Source of the DNA: Cyanidioschyzon merolae
Lineage: Eukaryota
Strand: one strand, 5' to 3'
NCBI GenBank assembly: GCA_000091205.1
Contig: AP006502.2
DNA length: 64,000 bases
The translations under genes were made by a program, and so were the position numbers. How positions within the stretch are numbered: the stretch's first letter is position 1; every line of letters begins with the position of its first letter. This document shows, piece after piece, positions 8,341 to 19,566 of this stretch. A model generated the notes under the pieces. The model saw nothing but the letters and a program-made list of their open reading frames with translations. It was not told the DNA's origin and did no database searches.

Positions 8341-10854
8341 ATGTCGAGCGCCGATCAGCCTCCGACCCAGTCTCAAGAGCAAAACTGGTCTCAGGTCTCG
8401 AGCACTGTCGTCGAAGTTGCCCACACAGTGGACGTTCATGTTCAACCCGTGTGCTTCGTCGATCTGAGCGAGGAAATTCACGCCTTCGCGCAGCTAGAAA
8501 AGTTTGCGAAGTGTGAATCATCCGAAGTTATCATAGATCTTAATGTCCGAAATACACATCAAGCTGTTGGGGCCCTCGTTCGCTGTCTGGAGGAGCGCGG
8601 AAAGTTGCCAGCTCACTCCGGAGACTTGCTACGGCGGCAGCTCCTGGGCGCAGAGCCACCGTCACTCTTTCAACTTGCACAGCAGGGGCTTCATATGTCT
8701 AGTGGGGGAGACGTACTCGGCCACGCTTCTGGATACTGGACACATAGCATACAGGGGCCCTCTTTTATTATTGGGTATACCGAAACCCCTTTGTTGCTTA
8801 GTGACGAGGAAGCAGTAGCAGTTGCACGGCTCGCACACCCACTGAACGCTGGGGCACTCAACAACTCGCTGACACGCTTCCTAGTACTTGTACTGACGCT
8901 TGCGCACGATACACCCCAGGTTCGCCGGGCGTCCGAAATGGCACGCGTTTTCGCTTCGCTTTTCGCAGATGAAGTATTCTACGACGAAGCTGTCGAGGCG
9001 TCCGATAGAGCTTCTTTCCTGGAGGCTATCCATCGTTTCCTTGAACGGCAACGGGACGCTGCACGAGAACGCGAAGCGCTGCATCGAAGCGTTCGATTGG
9101 CGACAGCAGCCACGGTGACTTTCTTCGATGATGATAATCATGTTGATGGTGATGGCGTTGCGGAGTATCTTGGTGGTACAGATGGCGGTACCCTTTCTGG
9201 GTGCAGAACAAAAGATGTGACTATTAACGACAATTTTGGTATCATGAACGCTCGCCTCGACCGATACTTCAAAGCACAAGGATATTCGAATCTGGATACG
9301 GTGCCACGCTGGAAGTACTGGTTGGCGCTGTTCTTTCGCTTTCCGGGGGCATTGATGGCTGCAGATCTTCGCCGCCGTCTACCCCATTATCGATCCGACT
9401 GGACAGCGGAATGGAACAAGATTCACGCTCTCGGAAAGTATTTCTTCGCGAGTATTTTTCTCATATTTACAGTCACGTTGCCTGCGATTGTTTTCGGCGT
9501 TATAGCGAGTCGCACGACTCACGGAGAGATTGGTGTCATCGAGTGTCTGTTTGCCCAGGGTGTACTGGGCATTGGTTTTGCGTTCTTCAGCGCCCAGCCG
9601 CTGATGGTGAATATGGTCACTGGTCCCACCATCGTCTACATTCAAGTGCTCTATCGCTGGTCCCAGAGGCTCGGGTTCGCATTTCTTCCCTTTTTTGGAT
9701 GGACAGGTATTTGGATGGGCATTTTTGTGATGTCGTATGCGATCATGAATACGTCAACACTCATACCGTACCTTGGCCGATTCACTGATGAGATTTTCCA
9801 AACCTTTATTGGAATCATTTTTATTCAATATTGGTTTACGGAATTTGTCCGAGTTACGCACACTGGCTACGAACAGGTCCTTTTATTCTTGGTGCTTTCT
9901 CTGGGAACGCTTCTGCTTGCGTTACTTCTGGTGTCTGTACGAGGCAGTTTCCTGCTACGCCCCATACTGCGATCCATTCTGGGGGACATCGGCCCCGCTC
10001 TCTCTGTTTTCATTTGGACCGGTCTGTCGTACGCGTTCGATCCGATTGATGTGCCTCGTCTGCAGATACCGGGCTCTGTTGGTTACAGCACAACGACTGG
10101 ACGACCGTGGATTGTCCCACTAGGAAGTCTATCCGTCGGCTATGTATTTTTGGCCATCGTTCCCGGCTGGCTGCTCTCGCTCATCGTCTACATTGATCAA
10201 CAGGTGTGTACTTATATCGTGGAACGACCGGAAAATCGCTTGCGCAAAGGCACTGGGTACAGTTGGAATCTTTTCGTGACTGGCGCTCTTGCCGTTCTTG
10301 CCTCGATTCTCGGCATACCTTGGATGTATGCAGGGCTGCCACACTCGCTTTTGCACGTTTATGCACTTGCTGAAATTGAGGACATAGAGCTCATGGGAAG
10401 ACGATGGATACGTGTTCTTCGTGCGCGGGAGGTGCGCATTGCTGCACTAAGCGCTTACCTCTTTGCCTTGTTGATCATTCTGGCCAAACCAGCTCTAGAT
10501 CAGCTGCCGATCTATGTGTTGTACGGCTTTATTCTGTACATGGGTGCAGCTTCATTTCTGAACAACCCTCTCTGGGATCGATTCGTTCTCTTGTTTACAC
10601 AGCCAACCAAGTACCCACCGACACATTATGTTCGACGTGTCCCCATGAGTCACCTGCACCTCTACACCTCTGTTCAGGTAATCCTTACAGTCGTTCTCTT
10701 TTTTGTCGCGGTCAATTTTTATCGAGGTGCAACTCTATTCAATACTGGCCTCATCTTTCCATTGGTCCTGTTCCTTTTCGTCCCATTCAAGTGGATGGTG
10801 TTGTATCGCTGGTTTCCGCGACGTGAGCTGCGCGTGCTTGAAAATCAGCTTTAG
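8341..10854 (+). CDS. SLC4/band-3-type anion exchanger (HCO3-/borate transporter family), 837 aa, single exon
   Basis: The start is ATG. The N-terminal half is cytoplasmic and the C-terminal half is multi-TM. Band-3 signatures are present: DLRRRLPHYRSDW (compare DIRRRYPYYLSD), GVIECLFAQGVLGIGFAFFSAQPLMVNMVTGP (compare [32 protein letters not shown]) and FTEFVRV. Confidence 0.8.
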   Translation: MSSADQPPTQSQEQNWSQVSSTVVEVAHTVDVHVQPVCFVDLSEEIHAFAQLEKFAKCESSEVIIDLNVRNTHQAVGALVRCLEERGKLPAHSGDLLRRQLLGAEPPSLFQLAQQGLHMSSGGDVLGHASGYWTHSIQGPSFIIGYTETPLLLSDEEAVAVARLAHPLNAGALNNSLTRFLVLVLTLAHDTPQVRRASEMARVFASLFADEVFYDEAVEASDRASFLEAIHRFLERQRDAAREREALHRSVRLATAATVTFFDDDNHVDGDGVAEYLGGTDGGTLSGCRTKDVTINDNFGIMNARLDRYFKAQGYSNLDTVPRWKYWLALFFRFPGALMAADLRRRLPHYRSDWTAEWNKIHALGKYFFASIFLIFTVTLPAIVFGVIASRTTHGEIGVIECLFAQGVLGIGFAFFSAQPLMVNMVTGPTIVYIQVLYRWSQRLGFAFLPFFGWTGIWMGIFVMSYAIMNTSTLIPYLGRFTDEIFQTFIGIIFIQYWFTEFVRVTHTGYEQVLLFLVLSLGTLLLALLLVSVRGSFLLRPILRSILGDIGPALSVFIWTGLSYAFDPIDVPRLQIPGSVGYSTTTGRPWIVPLGSLSVGYVFLAIVPGWLLSLIVYIDQQVCTYIVERPENRLRKGTGYSWNLFVTGALAVLASILGIPWMYAGLPHSLLHVYALAEIEDIELMGRRWIRVLRAREVRIAALSAYLFALLIILAKPALDQLPIYVLYGFILYMGAASFLNNPLWDRFVLLFTQPTKYPPTHYVRRVPMSHLHLYTSVQVILTVVLFFVAVNFYRGATLFNTGLIFPLVLFLFVPFKWMVLYRWFPRRELRVLENQL

Positions 10855-13800
10855 ATGGAAATTTCTGATCGAGTCTTGGGAGTTTTCCAGTAAAATTGGC
10901 CATCGCAGATTGATAGATAGACTGTAGAGTCGGAAATCGTGTTTACATTTCATCGAAGCGCAAATTGCTGGGGCAGGCATGTATCAGCAGAGGCCCTTTT
11001 TGCGAGTACGGGAGGTAGGTGCTTTCCTGATGCGAGGCCGAGATCTCGAGTCCAAAGTGATCCGCTGATGCTTGCTTTTCCAGAGGTAGAGACTCCCTTT
11101 GCCGGAACTGGTCGTGATTTGTACCCACAACCGGTACGGAAGGCACGTCAGTGAAGAGATTCGCTACGACTATACGCGGTATCATACGATTATGCTGCGG
11201 AGATCTCGGATACGAGAGCCGAAATACAACACGTGGCGCTGATAAAACAACCCGCTTGATTGCATGCGACTTGTTGGACATTCGGGAACAAGGCGGTTCA
11301 TTTTGAAACGCCCATGCCAGCATACCTTCTTTGTTTATGTTTGTTATTCTCGCTGGTATTCGCGAATCGACCGTGTCGCATAGATTGGAAATGAGCCGTG
11401 GAAAGAGTACATGCTGTTATCATCGGACAACGTCATACGAGATTACAGGTGAAACACAGTGATTCTAGGGTCATCAAACGGATGAACGAGTTTTTCGTTG
11501 TACTTATCTTGACCCTCCTACACCCAAAACTAAACACAGAAATATCGCCTACAAGACTGTGTCCGGGTTCATCCTTTTCTTTGCATGCGACCTCGAAGAG
11601 AGACTACAATCACCTACAGGGTGTGAATGGTCCACATCGTTGATTCGGACAGCGATCAAGGGACACAGACGGACAGAAGGAAGGCATTATTTATTGCAGA
11701 CCGCCACGCTCCGAACAGGGCAAAATCGAATTCATACTCAAACGCACGCGTATCTCTCGGGAGAAAGAGGTATGGATCTCGAATGGTGAAGTTCTAGTCA
11801 AGAGAAATACTATTCTTGAATATGGGTACTCGGAGGTTAAGCGTAAACCCCTGATCGTAAAAGAGACAGCGCGCAACCTGACAACATCGGTCTTACCAGT
11901 TTCCAAGTACATCGTGTGCTGGGAATCGCGGAACTTGCAGCATAACTCAATGACACATGTTCCTTCCGAGTACTTCACAATGCCTCCTTCACAAAACCAT
12001 AGAACCCGATCGTCGATGACGTCGGTCTCCATCACATAGAAGCGGACGGAAAATACGCAGCTGATATTGGCAGCTGTTGCTATTTGGTCCTTCCCATTCT
12101 ATCTGGACAAAATCAGCAACTGGGATCTTCTCTGCAGTCAGACGATAATCGTGTATACACAGATCACTTAGAGAGTTGTTCGACTTCGTGAAATTGAACT
12201 TCTTTGATAAAACCTTCCTCGACATATCGGTGACCTACTTTACCAGCTCATAGCCACCGTCATCTTCCTCGTACATATGAAGGAGGAGGAAGAAAGGCGA
12301 GCGCCAAACTGTAGGCGTGCTCGCGACGGCAAGACTGGGTTGATTTACTAGAAGAAGTAACTTTCGTCGCACGGTCCATCCCGCACAAACGACTCCTTTT
12401 GGAAACAAATGCATCCACAGTAAGCTGGCCACTGCCAAGCACTCCTTCGGTGTGGATGAAAAACGGTGTAACGGGAAGGATGAGAAGCAACGGGAAAGAA
12501 AGGAAGAGAATCCTCCAGGAAGACGACCAAGGAGGACTTGGGGCAAAAGCTGTCGGAGCGGAAACATCTTTCAGGAACCATCGTCAAGGCCTCCGTCCTA
12601 CAACTTACCATCAGGAATAATCTCCCACACAACGAAATGCTCAACATCGTTCCCGATCGCGTGGCTTCTGTCTCGACGCAAGGTAAACCCAGTTTCCCGC
12701 TCCACGATGCATGTCGCTGAGCAGGTGTTCGTACCAGTCTCGGACGCAGAGCTGCTAGCAGCCGGGATTCCTCGGGAGCTTTTCGATCTCGGCTTTGTGC
12801 CATAACACAATGGATGCTCGGGACGGAAGACGCAGTGCGGTCCGAGTACAGGATCAGGGAGATACGCGCACACACACACATTACCCAGACTTGGTTGACG
12901 CTTCACTGCACAATGTTGACGATCGGAACATCTGCACTGCAGGCGACCATAACACTATCAAACCGACCACTGCAATCAAGTCCATACGCCTGCCAAATGA
13001 CGAGCGCTCCATGCAGCGCACCCTGTAGGCGTTCCATTCTCACGCTGGCGGCCCCGGTGAGTTGGTACTGACACCAAAAAAGAATCTTCGCCTCTGCGCA
13101 TACACGAGCGTCCATATCGCCCAGGCGGACAATCCGTGGCACGAATCCATGCGACAGTGCTGGTGCTGCCAAAAGATTCCATTCGACGGAGGCAGGTCTC
13201 TTGCATTCACCAACTTGTCCAATGCACTGAAAAGATAAGTGACCGAAAAGCCGTTTTGTTTTCCGGTGGTAACCCGCGTCGCTGGACGTTCTGTGGCGAG
13301 CCATGGAGACGCCCATGTCCCTTCGACGAACGCACGCCGCAAGTGCATTGCTCCATGCCGAACGAATCCCATCGATGCATCCAGGGCGCCATCCAGGTAT
13401 CTTGAGCACGGGCGCGCATGCACGAAGCTACAGAAGAAGGGCTTGAAATACATCCAGATGAACGAGATGGCGTGCGTCTCGCTGACTTGACGGAGATACG
13501 AATGCCTCGATCGGCATCCGAAAAGGACCCCTGCGATTCGGGAGCGTCCATCGTTTCTTTTTTTCTGCCGGAGGATCTTTCCAGTTGATCTATTGACGAC
13601 GCAGTGCGCCGTTGTTCGGCAGAGCGGAATGCTTCTGATCCAAAGAAATCAATGCCAAAGATATAACGCATTTGATTCCGGTCTGGAGCAATGCACTGGT
13701 ATTGTATGAGCTGCAACCCAGTAGGTCTTGAGCGCCGTACGTTTGCACTGGAAGTGATGCTTCCAGGCAAAAAGTAGAAGATATTGCTGTCCTATGGTTC

Positions 13801-15037
13801 GCTATTATTGACTAGTAAGTAAGAGCAGTACGGCTTCATTTGATCCAAAAGTGAAATCGACCACCGATAGGATTGTGACAAGCGTCAATTGAGACGAAGA
13901 GCGCTCCTATAGCACGATAGACTCTATGACAGTTGCTACATAACAAACACGGATGCTCCTGCATTCAGCGTATATGTCGTGCAACTCCATGCTTCAATGT
14001 GTCCAGTCATGGTCGGCCGTTTGCGAGCGTGACAGTCCACGTCCACTCAGAGAAGCAGTTCTCCTCGAGAGTCAACGTAGGCACAGCGTTAGGGTCCACC
14101 TGATAGTAGCGTCTCACAACTGATACCAGCGTGATTAGGTGGCTTAACGGTACGATACGTTTATCCTAAAAAATAAAACACCCCAGCAATACGACAGCCA
14201 GTGCATTGCTTTCTTCGGGAAGACGACTCGTCTATTGTTAGGCAACGTTGCGGTACGACACGCATCTCACCGGACACGTAGGAGAAGGCGTATATCAGCA
14301 AGAGGGATCCTACTCGTCCCCCAGTATCCATTCGCATTCCAGAATGCTATCGGAAAGAAGGAACCGACGAGCGCCGCCGATCACACTGCTGGAGTATCAC
14401 AGGGGCATATCATACTAGGTGTCCCTATTACGGCAATAAGCTCCTGAGCAAACCTTCTGCAACCATAACACAAAGTCTGAAATGCTCTCCCTATTTTGGA
14501 TGACGTCCGGAGGCTCTATCCGTAACGTCCAGGATGGCACCTGTGCCTGAAACTCGCCCTGCTCCACCTACTGAGCGCACGTGGACCTGAAGGCGCACAG
14601 GAAAGAGCACCATACGCATCTGCCGCCTACACTGCCGAGTGAATCGTAAGACACCACGACCAAGAAAAGCGTTTATACACAGTACGCACCAACGCATGCC
14701 ATCCCCCTCTGATCCGTCTGGAGTTGCCGGACGCACGCTTCACAGTCGCAACTAGCCGGCTGTCCCATGAGCGAGGTTCAGCTACAGATCCACCCATAAC
14801 AGATTCGATGTCCCTGCTCGCCTCGTAACGTCCGCCACTGCTCCCAGAAGCGAAGCGCCTCATTCGCACAAACGCGTGCTTAGACGGCAACGTCCCTACC
14901 GTACGCAAGAACCGCGCCCGTACAACCCGCATCACTTGAACTGAAGCAGCGATACCTACAGTTCCCGATGCGTACAGCGCTCGTCACGCCCGGGGCGCTT
15001 GGCGATGTGGCTTTCAGGGCAGAGAGCGTGGGCGAGC

Positions 15038-17622
15038 TCGCCTGGGAAATCGCGCAGTCAACTGACACGATGCGCGTGCCGCCGATGAAGGGAAACGTTG
15101 TCGTGATCAGTTACGTGTTGTTCTGCTGTAAACATCGGATTTCTGTTGAGGCCATAGCAAAATACAGTCTTTCGGTTCGGTTTTGTTTCAAACTTCAACC
15201 AAGTCTAGTAAAGTGCTTTTTCGCAGCATATAACAGAAGCGTTCATTGAGGGTTCATTAAAAAACGAAAAACGGAAAGCTATGGAAAACCAGTCGACGAT
15301 CCTGGAGGGCTAGGGTCGCCGGCTGCCAGAAAAAAAACAAAAAGCAGTGCCGAGTCCAGAAGAAAAGGAAGGGAAGATGAACCGAAAGCGGGAGGCCCTA
15401 CGTCGGAGGCGGCAAGAAACATGACTGTAGAACGAGATGGAGGTGAAAACCTTTCTTCTTGGACACATCAAGGATCCCTACAGGGAAAAGTTGCGATACC
15501 CTATCAGAAAACGTGTCGACTCGTACTCCTTGAGGATTATGAAGGTTTCTTCATAACTATTCCATTTGGTGAAGGAGATGTGTCGCGACGTACCGCAGAT
15601 GGAAATGGTGGAGATTCCTGACAAGTTTTTCGATAAGACCTTTATTCGTCACTTGATGCTTGGCACAGAGAAAGGACGGATGGAAAATGAGCGGGTGCAT
15701 GCTCTCCACGAAAAACATCCCTTTTACAGCTTCAAGGGTACTCGGTACAAGGGTGACCGGGATGTTTACGACTATGGGGCGATGAAGTACCTCACGAACC
15801 TGAAGAACCGTTTGACAGAGAACCTCGAACGTTCCATGATACGCGCCGTGGTTGCACTCTACCCGGGCCAGTCTCGCCAAGGAAAATGGGCGATTATCAT
15901 AGGAATCACCAAAGATCGCAAGCATGAAGATGAGATCGAACTCGTCGACAAGAAGACATCACGTAAGAGAAAGAATGAAGCTTCTGTCATCCGTGCGGCC
16001 ATACACGAGTACCGTACAGTCTTGGGGTTGGCAAATCCGACAGACAAGATATCAGAGTTGAAAAAATATAAGGAATGATACTATCGCCTCGTCCTGCGCT
16101 ATTTTGTGTTTCTGGACCGAGAACTCGAACGCAAGGCAGAGGCGAGGCTGAGTGAGGAAAAAAATGAAGAGTGGGAGAGACGGAAGGCTTTCCTAATGGG
16201 TAAGCGCTTCGACGTGGTTCCAATGTGCAAGATCAAGTCACATTTGTGACTATCGACTCCGGCGTCCTTTACGGCATCATGAAGGAGATCAGTTCCGAGC
16301 TCAATGTCAGCAGGGAGGAGTTCTCCGGTGAAAACCGGGAGACGTACTGGAAGAATATCCTCAATTTCAAACGTCTCAAAGTCAGCGCGAAAAAGAAATT
16401 CACTGGGATGCTCGAAACCGATGGAGCAACCATTTGTGTACACTATCGGCGGTTAAAGAAAGATCGTCCAGTCCCGCCCTCGGCTGAGTCCTCTGCGAAA
16501 CATGAAGAAAACAAAGAAGCGAATCCTGAGACGCAAAAATTGCAGGATGACGACCTTGTCGTTGGCGCGGTGAGGCATGAAGAATAGAAGGAGGCAGATC
16601 TTGCGACGCAGGAGGTGCAGGATAACGACCTTGTCGTTCCTGCGGACCCGGGGAATACAAATATCATAACCATCGTTGTGCCCAAGCATGCGGAAGATGG
16701 TACTGACGGCAACTTACGTCAGAAAGACACGCGTGTGTTGAGATTCTCGAGAGCGAGAAATTATCGAGAATCCGGTATAATGAATGCGAGGAAGAAAATC
16801 GAGACTTGGGATGCAGGAATGAAGGATCAAATGGAAGCTTTGAGCGAGTTGACTAGCCGACGAACGGACGTTGAAGCTTTTCGGAAATTCATGGAAGTTC
16901 GCATTGCGCATTGGGATGCGCGGTGGGAGGAGTATACAAAGCCCCGGTGGGCTCGTCTGCGTATGAATTTCTACTGTGGCAATCAGCGGGCGTTCGCGAA
17001 TTTTTTTTAATAAGTTGAGCGCCTTGAAGGAGAATGAAAGTCAGAGGCTCGTAGTAGCGTACGGAGCAGGACGTTGGGCGTCGAGAAAAGGGACTACACC
17101 AGCTCCAACGACAAGGGTGTACAAAGAGTTCGCAAGGCATTTCGTTACGATACCTGTATTTGAGTTCCGAACATCGTATACACACCATGAGCTGGGTTGT
17201 ATACTCCAGAGAGTCGAGATGGAAAAGTGCCTGCGGAGTCCTGAAGATATACAAAAGCACGTACCGCTGACGGAGGTGCAACTGGAAAGGAGGGCGAAAG
17301 TGCGAGGGCCTCTCGCATTAGTAAGTACAGCCAATGATGGCAAGAAACGTATGGAGTGTGTGAACCCAGATTTTAATGCCGCTATCAATACAGGAAAAAG
17401 TGCGGTGCTGGAGAAAAGATCTCCAGAGTGGACAAGAGGGAACTTTATTGGACAACCTCTCAAAGTTGCACTATATAAGAAGAAGTTGTAAGCAGTACTA
17501 GGTGACCGGTCCAAAAAGAAGGGGTGGCGTCTGCCCTTACTTGGAGATGTTTCGTCTAGGGCGCGGTTACAGCCACTACTCTACAGCTGGCGACAGCGTT
17601 TTTTCTTTTGAAAGGTGTTTCT
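15038..17622 (+). mobile_element. Fanzor/TnpB-like element, copy 2 (pseudogenised)
   Basis: Same left end, ORF and right-end tail as copy 1. It shares copy 1's two N-terminal nonsense codons and its 1-nt deletion, and has its own frameshift at the run ttttttttaataag (~17005). Confidence 0.75.
15437..17560 (+). pseudogene. Fanzor/TnpB-like nuclease pseudogene, copy 2
   Basis: Track fragments are 15566..16078, 16225..16587, 16615..17010 ([13 protein letters not shown]...RLLRFS) and 16976..17491 (LVVAYGAGRW ... FEFRTSYTHHELGC ... VNPDFNAAINT). Confidence 0.7.
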
Positions 17623-19566
17623 TTCCAGGGGTGCGTCCGCCAAGCGACACTATCCAACTGGAAGCCCGCAAGCACCAGCAACGTCCTCTGTAGAGCGCAA
17701 TCACGAAACCTGCACAGGATCACACGTGGGCGGTACCAGCTTCGCTGTCAATGCTCCTCGAGAAAATGCTCTGCAGCGGGATATAACGCGCTGCCTGGCC
17801 GAACTGTAGGCCGAAGCTCACCAGCCCGTTTCCGTGACTATAATATATCGTATCGAGGTTTCGCGTCGTAGCGCTTTGTATACCGACGGTTAAATAGAGT
17901 GTGGAGGCAAACGACGAACGCTTATCTCGCACGTACGCAGCACAAGTTAAACTAACTCAGACGATACCGCTTGCAGACGATTCGACGGCGCCTGGCTCAT
18001 CACTGTGCAATTCGTCGTGGCAGACCCCTCTGACGCTCGGAGTACTTTGGTCGGCAAAGATATTGGCTAAAGAGGTTTGTGTACTTGCTGCTGGGAACTC
18101 CTTCTGTTCCAGGCCTGGTACGAGCGCCAACTCCGGGAGATCGTTTACGAGCATCCAACTTTGCCGGACGTTGGTGATGCGGGCGGGCGGTGGTAGCAAG
18201 TCGAGGCGCTAGCGCCGCGCTTCTAAGGCGTCACGAGCGAGCAAGCAGTGAAGCTTCGAAGTATACGGTGCCACGTACGGCAAAGAGCGTTGTCCCCCAC
18301 GTAATCCTGACCGTTTATCTTACGCAAACGCGTCGGTAACCATTCCTTGCTTTCCCAACATTGAATCTATCAACTGTTTCACCTGTGCGCACTACTTGTT
18401 CACGAACTTAGAGTGAAATCCGCCTCGCACGAAGCCATTCGGATGAACCATGCTACCTGTGCTCCGCCAGCGATGAGGACGCGGGTCTGCGCTCATCCGT
18501 CGTGTTTTGTACTAGCTGAAGGACTTCAATAGTACCAGTGCATGAGAGCATTGACAGCAAGTCTGAGAATACGTCGCCACCGCAGTGCAAGCGCGTTACA
18601 AGCACACACGCACATGAAACCGCTACTATATCCATCTCTCTCGGAGCAAGCATCATCGGCCCAGTCACTATTTCGATCGATCTAATAGTTCACATCTTCT
18701 ACGGTTTCCATTCCACACAGGATTCACATTTCGATATTCTGTTTGCTGCTTATTTTAGCAACGCAACAGAACAAGTCGCTGTCGCAGAATAGCCCCAATC
18801 TGACCACTGCGCATCTGGTTCGGTCGCTGACGTTCCCTCACGAACGCAAAGCGGAACTATGGCAACAATGTGTATCGAATGCTACAAAGAAAGCGGATAT
18901 ACACGGAGAGCAGCTCGAAAGGTGCGAAACGAAGCATACAGACTGCGAGTTTTTCCAAGCTCCATCATGAATGTGGCATTTGGTAAAAGAACCTCCCCAA
19001 TACCGTGACATTGTAAACGGAGCGCACCGTTCCAGTACAGAGCAATTTTCATTCCCGTGTTCACCGAAATGGAACGATGCCTGGCGGATCCACTCCGCTG
19101 CAAACAGTATTTGCGGAAGGCCAAAGCTTCAGCGATAAGGTGCACTTTGAAACGCTCCTGAAGCAGATGTAGTTCTGTGTACGTGTAATTGATGCGCTGC
19201 GTGTATTAGCACCAATAGTGCTGCTCGAAAAGCCCTTGATAAGAAGGTAACGGGCAAAACTTTTCGTTCCAAGTCACTCGACAGCTGGCGTGTATTGCGA
19301 GGTGAGGTCACTCACCGGTTCAGAAGTAATAGTACGCGAGCGTGTGTTTCAGTGCTGCTGCCGCTTATTCCACCAGATGACTCGAGACCTGCTACATAAA
19401 AGTCATGAGTTCCGTGCATCAGCCACGTCCACACTGCGGCTGAATTGCCCAGAGTGCACTTAACACCATCGAGGAGCGCTTTTGCAGAGCGTCCTGCCTC
19501 CCATGCATGGATCCCTTGACTGGGGCGTTCTGAGCACCTTCAGTCGATAGGCTATTCTTGAAAAGA

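Larger units (their letters stand above)
5655..8342 (+). mobile_element. Fanzor/TnpB-like element, copy 1 (~2.7 kb; pseudogenised)
   Basis: Shares its left end (ttgaagggaaacgcgatcctgatcag..., A/T-rich tract, ggaggccctacgtcggaggcggcaagaaa), its internal ORF and its right-end tail (gtctagggcgg..ccactactgtacac...ggcgttt) with the copies at 15038, 31814 and 56124. The ORF carries Ruv[16 protein letters not shown], the DEFRTSYTHHELGC zinc-finger remnant and RuvC-III VNRDLNAAINIRKCA. Confidence 0.75.
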
